DNA from: Halarcobacter sp.
GTDB taxonomy: Bacteria; Campylobacterota; Campylobacteria; Campylobacterales; Arcobacteraceae
Length of the DNA stretch: 64,000 bases
Reading direction: 5' to 3'
Assembly (NCBI GenBank): GCA_048571215.1
Contig: CP182352.1
Span: forward strand, 2,624,001 to 2,688,000
Shown: positions 50,851 through 59,940 of the stretch, in pieces
Layout of the letters: each line of letters begins with the position of its first letter
Position numbering within the stretch: position 1 is the stretch's first letter
Made by a program: the position numbers and the translations under genes
The notes under the pieces: model-generated
The model's database searches: none
What the model was told of the DNA's origin: nothing
The model's input: the letters and a program-made list of their open reading frames with translations, nothing else

Positions 50851-53235
50851 ATGAAAAAAGCAATGATAGAACAGATAATGATAGGTGGTATCCTCTTTAC
50901 CATGCTAACACTATTTGTTGCAACAGTATATGATGAAAAATCTGCAAGAGATAGAACTTATGAATTAAAAACAACAGCACAAGAAGTTTCAATAGGTCTT
51001 GCTAAATACTATGAAGATCAAATGGATATGTGTACAGCTGAAAGTATTGTAACAGAGATATTAAAAAAAACTACTACAGGTCAGTTTTTACTTGATAATA
51101 ATTTGATCTCATTTCAATGGAAAAACTTAAAACCAGATAGTGATGGTGATGGTGTAGGAGATGATGGTGAACCTGATACTATTGTAACTACAATTGCACA
51201 ACATGATTATGATACTTTTTGGTATAAACTTTTTGGTTTAAATAAATTTCAAATTGGTCCTTTTACTGAAACTAAAGAAGTTCAAACACCTAAAAATGTA
51301 AATATTACGTTTGGTGGGCAAAATGCTGGTTATACAAATATGATAGGTACTTATCAATTAGACCAAAACAATTGTGTTATAAATACTCAACTTATTTTAG
51401 CAAATTCAAAGGACAATAGTAAAGTTGGTTCAAAACTTGGGAGTACAATTCAATCACCACCAACTTTTATATTTATCATGCCAAATGGATACCAAGAATT
51501 TAAAGAAAAAGGTTATACTCCCAGTGAAACTGATGTAATTAATATATCAAATCATTGTTTTGGGGCAAACACACAACCTGACTTATCTATAGGTAACACA
51601 TCATTAGGAAGCAATGGTAGAATTTATTTTGAACAAACAGAACTTAATAGTGACAAGTATGAACATATTCAAATTATTCCTGATAGTATTTGGAAAACAT
51701 ATAATGACTATGTAAATGGACAAGGAGATTTTTCGGGACAAGGAACTAAATCGTATGATGATTTTATGAGTTATTGTGAACAGATAAATTCTGACAGTGA
51801 CCCAAGTAATGATATGAATTGTAAAGACGATCCAAATGATGAATACCAATATGCAATGGAAGATTTAGATGATGGTGGAGATGAAGATTTTAATGATATT
51901 TTCCTAAATACAACAAGAATAGCTATACCAAATAAACTTAATGATTTTGAAATAGATCCTCATAATGGGAATATATCATTAACATGTAATAATAATAATA
52001 ATAATAAACCAACTATATCTATTGAAAATTGTCCTGATTCAATAGATGAAGATACAAGTTTTACTATAAATTGGACAGCTTCTGATAGTGATGGAAATGT
52101 TATAACAACTGATGCTGCTGCTGATAATGGTTCTGTGGCAATTAATGGTACTGCAGAAAATGGAACAGTCGGATATACTCCAAATACTAACTATTTTGGT
52201 CAAGATACAATTACTATGCAAACAACTGATAATAGTGATAATAGTACATTTGCATATTGTACTTTTAATGTAATAGAAGTAAATGACCTTCCTACAATAT
52301 CTGGAACACCTATAACCACTGCAGATATTGGGAAAGTTTACTCATTTATTCCTACAGCATCAGATGTAGATGGAGATCCCCTAACATTTTCAATTGAAAA
52401 TAAACCACAATGGGCTTCATTTAACTCTGCAACAGGCCAATTAATTGGTACACCTTACGATTCAGATGCAGGTACATATTCTAGTATTGTGATTAGTGTA
52501 TCAGATGGAAGAGGTGGAACAGCATCTCTTGAACCATTTAATATTTTTGTACCACACTCTGATACAAACCCTAAACTTTTAAGTAATATTCCTGACCAAA
52601 GTGTAACAGAGAAAACTACATTTTCTTATAGTACAAGTCAACATTTTGAAGATCCTAATGGAGATATATTGACATACTCTATAGATCAGTCAGAATATGC
52701 AGGAAATATAAACTCAAATACAGGTTTAATAACTATCAATATACCTGATAATACAGCAGGAGATACAATAACATTAACAGTTAGAGCAACAGATCCAGGA
52801 GGATTAACTGTTGCTGATACATTTGTATTAACAGTTAGTGCTAATACAGAATGTACAATAGATGAAACTGATGACTTTAGTGATGATAATCACGCGTGGT
52901 CGGGTGGAAATAAAACACTTTTATATCACTATAAAATAGATAGAGATACTACTGCCTACAAAACATATGATTTTGGTTCTGGTTGTAAAAATACAAATGT
53001 GTCACTATCTTTTCAATATTATACACCATATTACTGGGAAAATGCTGATAAGTTAAAGTTATATATTAACGACTCATATTCTACAGAATATTCTAGATCA
53101 AATGGTAAATGGACATCAAAATCAATAAATCTACAAACAGATTCAAGCGGTAAACTAAAAGTCGGACTAATGCCTGATTCAAATAAAAATAATGAAATTG
53201 TATATATTGATAATATAAATATTAAAAATCAATAA
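50851..53235 (+). CDS. Large TadG-like pseudopilin/adhesin with Ig/cadherin-like repeats
   Basis: Pilin-like N-terminus; DSDGDG; EDLDDGGDEDFND; ASDSDGN, ASDVDGDPLTFS..KPQWASF..TGQL.GTP and FEDPNGDILTYS repeats; C-terminal beta domain ending YIDNINI. Confidence 0.78.
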   Translation: MKKAMIEQIMIGGILFTMLTLFVATVYDEKSARDRTYELKTTAQEVSIGLAKYYEDQMDMCTAESIVTEILKKTTTGQFLLDNNLISFQWKNLKPDSDGDGVGDDGEPDTIVTTIAQHDYDTFWYKLFGLNKFQIGPFTETKEVQTPKNVNITFGGQNAGYTNMIGTYQLDQNNCVINTQLILANSKDNSKVGSKLGSTIQSPPTFIFIMPNGYQEFKEKGYTPSETDVINISNHCFGANTQPDLSIGNTSLGSNGRIYFEQTELNSDKYEHIQIIPDSIWKTYNDYVNGQGDFSGQGTKSYDDFMSYCEQINSDSDPSNDMNCKDDPNDEYQYAMEDLDDGGDEDFNDIFLNTTRIAIPNKLNDFEIDPHNGNISLTCNNNNNNKPTISIENCPDSIDEDTSFTINWTASDSDGNVITTDAAADNGSVAINGTAENGTVGYTPNTNYFGQDTITMQTTDNSDNSTFAYCTFNVIEVNDLPTISGTPITTADIGKVYSFIPTASDVDGDPLTFSIENKPQWASFNSATGQLIGTPYDSDAGTYSSIVISVSDGRGGTASLEPFNIFVPHSDTNPKLLSNIPDQSVTEKTTFSYSTSQHFEDPNGDILTYSIDQSEYAGNINSNTGLITINIPDNTAGDTITLTVRATDPGGLTVADTFVLTVSANTECTIDETDDFSDDNHAWSGGNKTLLYHYKIDRDTTAYKTYDFGSGCKNTNVSLSFQYYTPYYWENADKLKLYINDSYSTEYSRSNGKWTSKSINLQTDSSGKLKVGLMPDSNKNNEIVYIDNINIKNQ

Positions 53236-53243
53236 ATATATCG

Positions 53244-53275
53244 CTAAAGAGATATAAAGATTTATATCTCTTTAG
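53244..53275 (+). terminator. Hairpin after the adhesin gene
   Basis: CTAAAGAGATATAAA-ga-TTTATATCTCTTTAG 15 bp inverted repeat; TATAAT follows at 53316-53321. Confidence 0.7.
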
Positions 53276-53355
53276 TTAATTAAAATCAATTAAATGTAAA
53301 TTTATTTTATTTTATTATAATATAAAATTAAGTTTGTACCCAAAGAAGGAACAAA

Positions 53356-54951
53356 ATGGATTATAAAACGTACCAAACATATACAGATATACAAGGTGCC
53401 TTAGATATTAGACGAGAAAATGTTATAGAAATATTAAACTTATTTGTACTTATTTCAAATATTGGTAAACTAACTTTTTTAAAATACGATTTTAAATTTA
53501 ATAACTTTGTGTATAACTTTACAATTGATGGACATAATACAATAGATGATGATATACATTTTATGAATAACAAGTTCTCTATTGTATTAAAAGAGGGTGA
53601 TATTATCTATGGTAAAATAACCTTCAACAAAAGAATCTGGTATAGGCAAGTTTTAAAAGAGTTATTAAAAAAAGCAAAAGTATCATTAAGAAATATTTTT
53701 GAGATTGAAAAAGATCTACTTTCACAAAACACCCCATTAAACATCTATATAATAACAGATAAAAATACAATCAAATTTGCAAATAAATTACAAACAAACC
53801 TTGATATTCTACTAAATGCAGAAATAAGTATTTTGCATGATATCACAAGAATTACAGAAAAACTAAATGCAAAAAATTCTAAAAATATTATAATCTATAC
53901 TATTCAAAATGCAGAATTAATAAATGATGATAAACAAATCATTGAAAACTTTAATGAGTTTGTAATAGTGATTGGTCCAAATGACCATAACCTTTCACTT
54001 ATGTGTGGACAACTAAATATACACAGTTATGTTTCAATTAGTGAATTCTCACCTGAACATGTCAAAAACCTTATTTTAGACACAAAATATAAACTTATTA
54101 ATAAAAATAAACAAGATAATAAAATTTTTGCAATAACTGGAATCTCTGGTGGTATTGGAACAACTACAGTGTCAATGAATACAGCAGATATAATTGCTAA
54201 AAACTCTCCAAATAAAAATGTTTTATATGTGGATTTGTCAACTACAAAAGCTATTAGTAATCTATTTTTATCACAAAATCCTGTACCAAACCATTCAATT
54301 ATAGACTTAGTTAATTTTGGAGATTTTAATATCCAGAAAAATCTTGATTTGGGATTAGTTAAGGTTAGAGAAAATTTTTATGCTATCAATGGAATACAAA
54401 AACATATTGATAGAGACCTCTTAGAAAAAGATACTTTTATAGAAAAACTTTTAGATTATCTAATAAAAGCTAGTGAACATTTTAATGTAATAATTATAGA
54501 TACTGGTGCTGCTGATGCCTCAGCTCTTAAAAGTACTATTTATGATTTGGTAAATGAAATCTGGATATTAACAGAAATGACCCTACCCCATGTATCAAAA
54601 CTAAAAACCTTTTATTCACTTATGAAAAGAGCTGGACTAAAAGATAAAGTTAGTTTTATAGTAAATAGAGTTAACTCTTTAAATGAAATCTCATCTTCAG
54701 ATTTTGATTCTATCATGAATACAAGTGCAAAAGATGAAAAACTTGTATATTTAAAGATACCAAATGATTATGAAACCCTAGGAAAATGTTGGAATTACTG
54801 TGAATTGGCAAATCAAGTTTCTAGTACTTCACCTTTTGTTAAAACCATTGAAGAGATAATCTTGCAAAAAGATTTGATTGGGGATAAGATTGAAAAAACA
54901 AAAGTAAAAAAAAGTTTATTTTCATTTTTAGCAAATAAGGACAAAAGTTGA
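53356..54951 (+). CDS. TadZ/CpaE-like localisation protein (MinD/ParA fold)
   Basis: AITGISGGIGTTT..N.A, VLYVDL, IIIDTG, IVNR, IPND; immediately before tadA. Confidence 0.85.
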   Translation: MDYKTYQTYTDIQGALDIRRENVIEILNLFVLISNIGKLTFLKYDFKFNNFVYNFTIDGHNTIDDDIHFMNNKFSIVLKEGDIIYGKITFNKRIWYRQVLKELLKKAKVSLRNIFEIEKDLLSQNTPLNIYIITDKNTIKFANKLQTNLDILLNAEISILHDITRITEKLNAKNSKNIIIYTIQNAELINDDKQIIENFNEFVIVIGPNDHNLSLMCGQLNIHSYVSISEFSPEHVKNLILDTKYKLINKNKQDNKIFAITGISGGIGTTTVSMNTADIIAKNSPNKNVLYVDLSTTKAISNLFLSQNPVPNHSIIDLVNFGDFNIQKNLDLGLVKVRENFYAINGIQKHIDRDLLEKDTFIEKLLDYLIKASEHFNVIIIDTGAADASALKSTIYDLVNEIWILTEMTLPHVSKLKTFYSLMKRAGLKDKVSFIVNRVNSLNEISSSDFDSIMNTSAKDEKLVYLKIPNDYETLGKCWNYCELANQVSSTSPFVKTIEEIILQKDLIGDKIEKTKVKKSLFSFLANKDKS

Positions 54952-56549
54952 GAAACTTAAGAAATCTAATAGCCGAAGAGGAACAGAAAAAAGAGATAAA
55001 AAAACAATCTTTTAGTGTGGAAAAAGCTCAAGAAGATGAGTCTTCAAATGATTTAGCCCCTATAAAAAAGATAGAACAGTTAAAACTAAAAAGTAGACAT
55101 ACAGGTCTAAAGTTTCCAGAAATATATTTGAATAAGAAACTTTTAGATTTAGCTTATGAGATAAACGACACTTTTATGTTAAATCTAAAATCTGATAAGA
55201 AAATCACCAGAGAATCTTTAGAAGAGGTTTTACCAGAGTTTATTTTATCATTTAAGCCAGCCAAAAACCTATCTAAAGAGTACTTAGATGATATAAAAGA
55301 GTTTATTATAAACAATGTTATTGGATATGGTCCAATTACAGCCTTATTTGATATTGCAAAAGATGGGTTGAATGATGTTATTGTAAATACAAGAGAATAT
55401 ATTGATATTATATATCAAGGTAAAACAATTGAGACTCCATTTACCTTTAGAAGTGAGGATGAATTAAGAAAAGTAATTGATAAGATGCTTGCTGAAAATA
55501 ATAGGAAAATTGATGAAGCACACCCTATTATGTCAAGTAAATTAAAAGATGGTTCCAGAGTAGAGGTTCAAATACCACCTATTGCAGCTAATGATGGAAG
55601 CTGTGTAACCATAAGAAAGTTCAACGATTTACCATTGTTATTGGAGTTTTTAATAGATTCTGGTCAAATGGATTACAAAATGGCATATTTCTTATTAAAA
55701 GTTGCAAAAGGAAAATGTAATATTATCGTTTCTGGTGGTACTTCAAGTGGTAAAACTACATTTTTAAATGCCATGACTAGGTTTATTGATGAAAATGAAC
55801 AACTAATGGTTATAGAAGATACAAAAGAGATGCAACCTCAAATGCCATGTCACTCTATTAGACAATATGAAGCTAGAATGGCAAATGAAGAGGGAAAAGG
55901 TGCTATTACCTTAGACTTTTTATTACGTTCAGCACTTAGATCATCTCCAAGAAGAATTGTAGTTGGTGAGTGTAGAGGTGGGGAAATAGTTGTTATGCTT
56001 AATGCCATGAATACAGGACATCCAGGTTCAATGACTACAGTGCATGCCGATAATACAAAAGAAGCCTTAGTAAGAATTGAAAATATGTATCTAGAAGCTA
56101 GACCAACAGCTAATATCAACTTTATTAGAGCTCAAGTTGTATCTGCTATTGATATAATTATACAACTAGTAAGATTTCCTGATGGTTCAAGAAAACTAAT
56201 CACTATCTCAGAAGTTGAAAAAAGAATAGAAGACAATGCTGTAATATCTTTAAATAATATCTTTGAATTTAAAAGAGATACTAGTGATATGACAAAAACT
56301 AGAGGAAGTTTTGAGATTGTATCAACTCCTACTAGAACAGTGACTCAAATGAATATGTTTGGTGTAGATATAGATATGGGAATTTTTAATAAAGAGTTTG
56401 AGATGCCAAAATCTATGTTGATTGAAGAGTTAGAAAAAGATTTACCAACTAAAATGTGTGGTTGGAGACCTGATTATATGGATATTTTTCTAGAAAAAGA
56501 TCCTCAACTATTCCATAAATGGCCACATTTCCAAAAAGTAGAGAATTAA
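54948..56549 (+). CDS. tadA: TadA/CpaF pilus assembly ATPase
   Basis: GYGPI, LKDGSRV, TIRKF, SGGTSSGKTTFLN, IEDTKE, PRRIVVGECRGGE, MNTGHPGSMTTVHA. Confidence 0.95.
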   Translation: MRNLRNLIAEEEQKKEIKKQSFSVEKAQEDESSNDLAPIKKIEQLKLKSRHTGLKFPEIYLNKKLLDLAYEINDTFMLNLKSDKKITRESLEEVLPEFILSFKPAKNLSKEYLDDIKEFIINNVIGYGPITALFDIAKDGLNDVIVNTREYIDIIYQGKTIETPFTFRSEDELRKVIDKMLAENNRKIDEAHPIMSSKLKDGSRVEVQIPPIAANDGSCVTIRKFNDLPLLLEFLIDSGQMDYKMAYFLLKVAKGKCNIIVSGGTSSGKTTFLNAMTRFIDENEQLMVIEDTKEMQPQMPCHSIRQYEARMANEEGKGAITLDFLLRSALRSSPRRIVVGECRGGEIVVMLNAMNTGHPGSMTTVHADNTKEALVRIENMYLEARPTANINFIRAQVVSAIDIIIQLVRFPDGSRKLITISEVEKRIEDNAVISLNNIFEFKRDTSDMTKTRGSFEIVSTPTRTVTQMNMFGVDIDMGIFNKEFEMPKSMLIEELEKDLPTKMCGWRPDYMDIFLEKDPQLFHKWPHFQKVEN

Positions 56550-56552
56550 AAT

Positions 56553-57482
56553 ATGGATAATACTATCATAATACTAATATTTGCAATCCCTATATTAACT
56601 ATTTTAGTTATAGTTTTAGGGTATAAATATTATTATGAACTTGATAGAAGAAGTAAAATTATAACTTTACTAAAAAAAGATAATAATGAGATATTAGATG
56701 AAAAAAAAAGAAAAAGATTTACAAAAAAAGAGCGAAATTGGCTTGGAAAAAAACTTGCATATGCAGGTTTTCCCCATCCTATCGCAGAGATAATTTATAT
56801 TCTAACCTCGATTATTTTTGGATTCTTAGCTGCAACTTTTATAAACTTTGTAATTCCGAATCCTATAGTGTTTGCTTTAAGCTTTTTAGCTTTTTGTTTT
56901 TTCCCTTTACTTGTGTTAAAAAAAATTATAGATGGTAGGCAAGAAGATTTTAACTTTGGATTAAAAGTTATCATTGATAAAGTAACTAGTATGATGAAAA
57001 GTGGTGTAGGTTTTGAACAAGCTTTAAAAAAAGCAGTTGCTACATCAAGGTCTAAACTTGCTAAAGAGACTTTTGAAATATATTTAAATGAAAAAGATAT
57101 TATAGGTGAAGATAAAGCATTTCAAAAGATGTTTACAGTTGTAGAATCAAGGGAACTTAGAATTTTTTACCTAACAATTTCTATTGGTAGGCAATCTGGT
57201 GGTAAGTTTTCAAATACTTTAGATAAACTAAGAAAAGCTTTACATGCCCAAGGGGAAATAAAACAAGAGATAACTGCCTCAACAAAAGAGGTAAAGGTAG
57301 GAAGTTATATGATTATAGGTTTAGTTATATTTATCTATAAGATGTTAAATAGTTCTTTAGATGGAGTTTTAGATGAACACTTTTTTGGCACAAGTGAAGG
57401 GCAGATACAAATGTTTTTTATAATTTGTTGGGTTACCTTTGGGGTGTTTGTAAATAGTATGTTATCAAAAATAAAGGCATAA
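56553..57482 (+). CDS. tadB: TadB inner-membrane platform protein
   Basis: L..AG after TM1, MKSGVGFEQAL, QSGGKFSNTLDKL; T2SSF-like; follows tadA. Confidence 0.85.
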   Translation: MDNTIIILIFAIPILTILVIVLGYKYYYELDRRSKIITLLKKDNNEILDEKKRKRFTKKERNWLGKKLAYAGFPHPIAEIIYILTSIIFGFLAATFINFVIPNPIVFALSFLAFCFFPLLVLKKIIDGRQEDFNFGLKVIIDKVTSMMKSGVGFEQALKKAVATSRSKLAKETFEIYLNEKDIIGEDKAFQKMFTVVESRELRIFYLTISIGRQSGGKFSNTLDKLRKALHAQGEIKQEITASTKEVKVGSYMIIGLVIFIYKMLNSSLDGVLDEHFFGTSEGQIQMFFIICWVTFGVFVNSMLSKIKA

Positions 57483-57483
57483 A

Positions 57484-58326
57484 ATGAGTCCAATATTTTT
57501 CCTTCCAATTTTAATTGTAATTATAGGTATAATACTTTGGTATTTTTATGATACAAGAGGGACTAAAAAGAAAATCATTTTACTTTCAAAACTTGATGCC
57601 CTTGCAATTATTGACCAACAAAAAAATGTAAAAAGTAAAAAAGAGACTGAACAGAGTACTGATTTAAATCTACAGCTAATACAAGCTGGTCTTACAAAAA
57701 AAGAGTACAACGAAGGCAAGCTGGTATTTGCTTTAATAGGAATTATAATTGGAGTTTCTTTTCCTGTATTTTTTTCTACAAAAATTGGGATAATTGGTGT
57801 TGTTGTAGGGCTTATAGCAATAATATTTGGTGGGAAAATGTATCTTTCAATCTCTAAAACTGAAAGAACCGAAAAAATCAATAATGATTTAGGTGTATTT
57901 TTAGATTTGATTAATGTTATTTTAGAAGCTGGTGGCGGTTTAAAAAATGCTTTTTTTACTGTATCCACAAGAGCTCATAATATTTTAGACGAAGAGTTAT
58001 TAAAAGAAGTAGCTATTTTAGAGTATGAGATGACAAACTACTCAACAAAAAAAGCCTATGAAAACTTAAAAAAAAGAGTTGATTCAGATGATGTTTCAAA
58101 AATAGTTGATTTTTTAATTTTAAGTGAAGAAGCTGGTATTGGTGTAAAAAATATCTTTTCAACTCAAAGTGATGAGATGAGACAAGAAAAATTTTATAAA
58201 ATTAAAGGTAAAGTTAATACACTTAATATGTATTTAATGTTAGTAATATTTATCTTTGTAATTCCTGCATTAGGAGCATTTATTGTTTTTCCAATGCTTG
58301 CAGGAAAATTAGATTTTGGCATGTAA
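57484..58326 (+). CDS. tadC: TadC inner-membrane platform protein
   Basis: LIQAG, FLDLINVILEAG, SEEAG.....F..QSDEMR, FIFVIP. Confidence 0.87.
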   Translation: MSPIFFLPILIVIIGIILWYFYDTRGTKKKIILLSKLDALAIIDQQKNVKSKKETEQSTDLNLQLIQAGLTKKEYNEGKLVFALIGIIIGVSFPVFFSTKIGIIGVVVGLIAIIFGGKMYLSISKTERTEKINNDLGVFLDLINVILEAGGGLKNAFFTVSTRAHNILDEELLKEVAILEYEMTNYSTKKAYENLKKRVDSDDVSKIVDFLILSEEAGIGVKNIFSTQSDEMRQEKFYKIKGKVNTLNMYLMLVIFIFVIPALGAFIVFPMLAGKLDFGM

Positions 58327-58335
58327 AGGAATAAT

Positions 58336-59499
58336 ATGAAGTTCGATAAACAGTTAGCTATAATTTTAGTTTTAATATCACTACTATTGTCAGCAATAGG
58401 TATCTCTATATATTTTTATAATAAAAATGAGCAAACAAAAAAAGAGAATAATCAATTAGTTAAAATATATGTAGCTAAAAATAATATTAAACAAAATACT
58501 CTTATAAAAGATAAAGATATAAAAGAAACAACAGTAGCTAAACAGTATGTATTGACAAAACCTTTACTAAAACAAGAGATTATAAATAAATATGCAATAG
58601 AAAATATCTATGCAAATGAGCAATTTTTAAAAGAAAAACTTTCAGTAACACCTCAAATAAAAAGACAATTAAGTAAAATATTAGACTATAACTACTCAAG
58701 TTACAATATGTCTTTTAAATTATTTAAAAATCCAAACTATTCTATACAACCAAATGATGTAATAAAAATTATTTCAGTATATCCTATGGATTCAGAAAAA
58801 AATAACTATAAAGTTAGATATGTAGCAAAAAATATTAAAGTCTTAGGTTTCTTAAGTGATGGGAAAGAGATAGAAAAAGCAATATACAAAAAAAAGGTAA
58901 AGAGGTTTGAAAAAAAACAACAAATTGAAGAGATTGTAGATATAAAATCAGATGAAATGATTTTAGATATTAAAGAGGATGTATTATTATCTTTGATTAG
59001 TGACTTCAACAAAGGTAACCAACTTTGGATGGTTAAATCAAAAATGGAAAATGATACAAAAGATGTTAAAAAAGTAACTAAAATTGATAAATCAAAACTA
59101 AATAAAACAAAAGTTAATAAAAGTTATAAACCTAAAAAAGTATATTACCCTATAACTTGGTATAAACCAGCTACTACTTATGAAACAAAAACAGCTATGA
59201 TTACTTATGCAAATGACTCTAAGAAAACTGATATCAAAAAAGCAAAAGTTGCATCTGATTACCAAAAAGAGTGTAGTGAAACTAATAAGTTATTATTAGT
59301 AAAATCTAGAACTGTTTACCTAAGAGAAGCTCCATCAATAAGAGCAAAGATTGATAAAAAAATTGCTAAGAACTATATCTTACCTTATGTATCAATTTCT
59401 AAAATAAACCCAAATTGGTATATGATATGTGATGAGACTTATGTACAAAGAAAAGATGTAGAAGTTATAACATATGATGATTATAAAAGGTTAAAATAA
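58336..59499 (+). CDS. RcpC/CpaB-like protein with SAF domain and C-terminal SH3b-like domain
   Basis: N-terminal TM; YVAKNNIKQNTLIKDKDI (SAF), IQPNDVIKII, NIKVL; VYLREAPS....W...YV. Confidence 0.75.
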   Translation: MKFDKQLAIILVLISLLLSAIGISIYFYNKNEQTKKENNQLVKIYVAKNNIKQNTLIKDKDIKETTVAKQYVLTKPLLKQEIINKYAIENIYANEQFLKEKLSVTPQIKRQLSKILDYNYSSYNMSFKLFKNPNYSIQPNDVIKIISVYPMDSEKNNYKVRYVAKNIKVLGFLSDGKEIEKAIYKKKVKRFEKKQQIEEIVDIKSDEMILDIKEDVLLSLISDFNKGNQLWMVKSKMENDTKDVKKVTKIDKSKLNKTKVNKSYKPKKVYYPITWYKPATTYETKTAMITYANDSKKTDIKKAKVASDYQKECSETNKLLLVKSRTVYLREAPSIRAKIDKKIAKNYILPYVSISKINPNWYMICDETYVQRKDVEVITYDDYKRLK

Positions 59500-59502
59500 A
59501 AT

Positions 59503-59931
59503 ATGGAAAAAAAACAGATGAAAAAAGCAGCCATAGAAAATATTCTAATATGGATGGTACTGTTTACAAGTTTTGCTACTTTCTTTTTTTTTATAATTAA
59601 CTATGCAACCATATTAAGAGTACAGGATAATATGATTGCTATATCAGATTATGGAGCAAATTATGTTGCAGCAAATGGAATAGGTGATAATATATCTACA
59701 GATCTAAACAGAATAAAAGTAGATGGTATAAATACTATAAGTAGTGCAGATACTGGAGTTATTTGTAATGAAGTTTCAAATGTACCTTTAAACTTTACAG
59801 TAATATTCAAAACAGAAACAACAAATACTTCATATAAGTTTTATGGAGACAGTTTATCGGCAACTAAAGCAGTATTCAACCAACAAAGTGGTAATACAAT
59901 AACATGTACACTAAAAATAACCTTGAAGTAG
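59503..59931 (+). CDS. TadE-like pseudopilin
   Basis: KKAAIENILIW + hydrophobic helix, then ISDYGANYVA resembling AAREGAR; two Cys. Confidence 0.7.
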   Translation: MEKKQMKKAAIENILIWMVLFTSFATFFFFIINYATILRVQDNMIAISDYGANYVAANGIGDNISTDLNRIKVDGINTISSADTGVICNEVSNVPLNFTVIFKTETTNTSYKFYGDSLSATKAVFNQQSGNTITCTLKITLK

Positions 59932-59940
59932 GAGAGAGTA

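Noticed and set aside
51988..52005. (AAT)6 as a phase-variation switch
   Set aside because: A triplet repeat keeps the frame; it reads as a poly-Asn linker
54948..56549. Conjugative T4SS (VirB11) or T2SS interpretation of the ATPase and secretin
   Set aside because: No VirB4, relaxase, coupling protein or GspC/L/M; the TadB/TadC pair, TadZ and Flp-size pilins fit Tad
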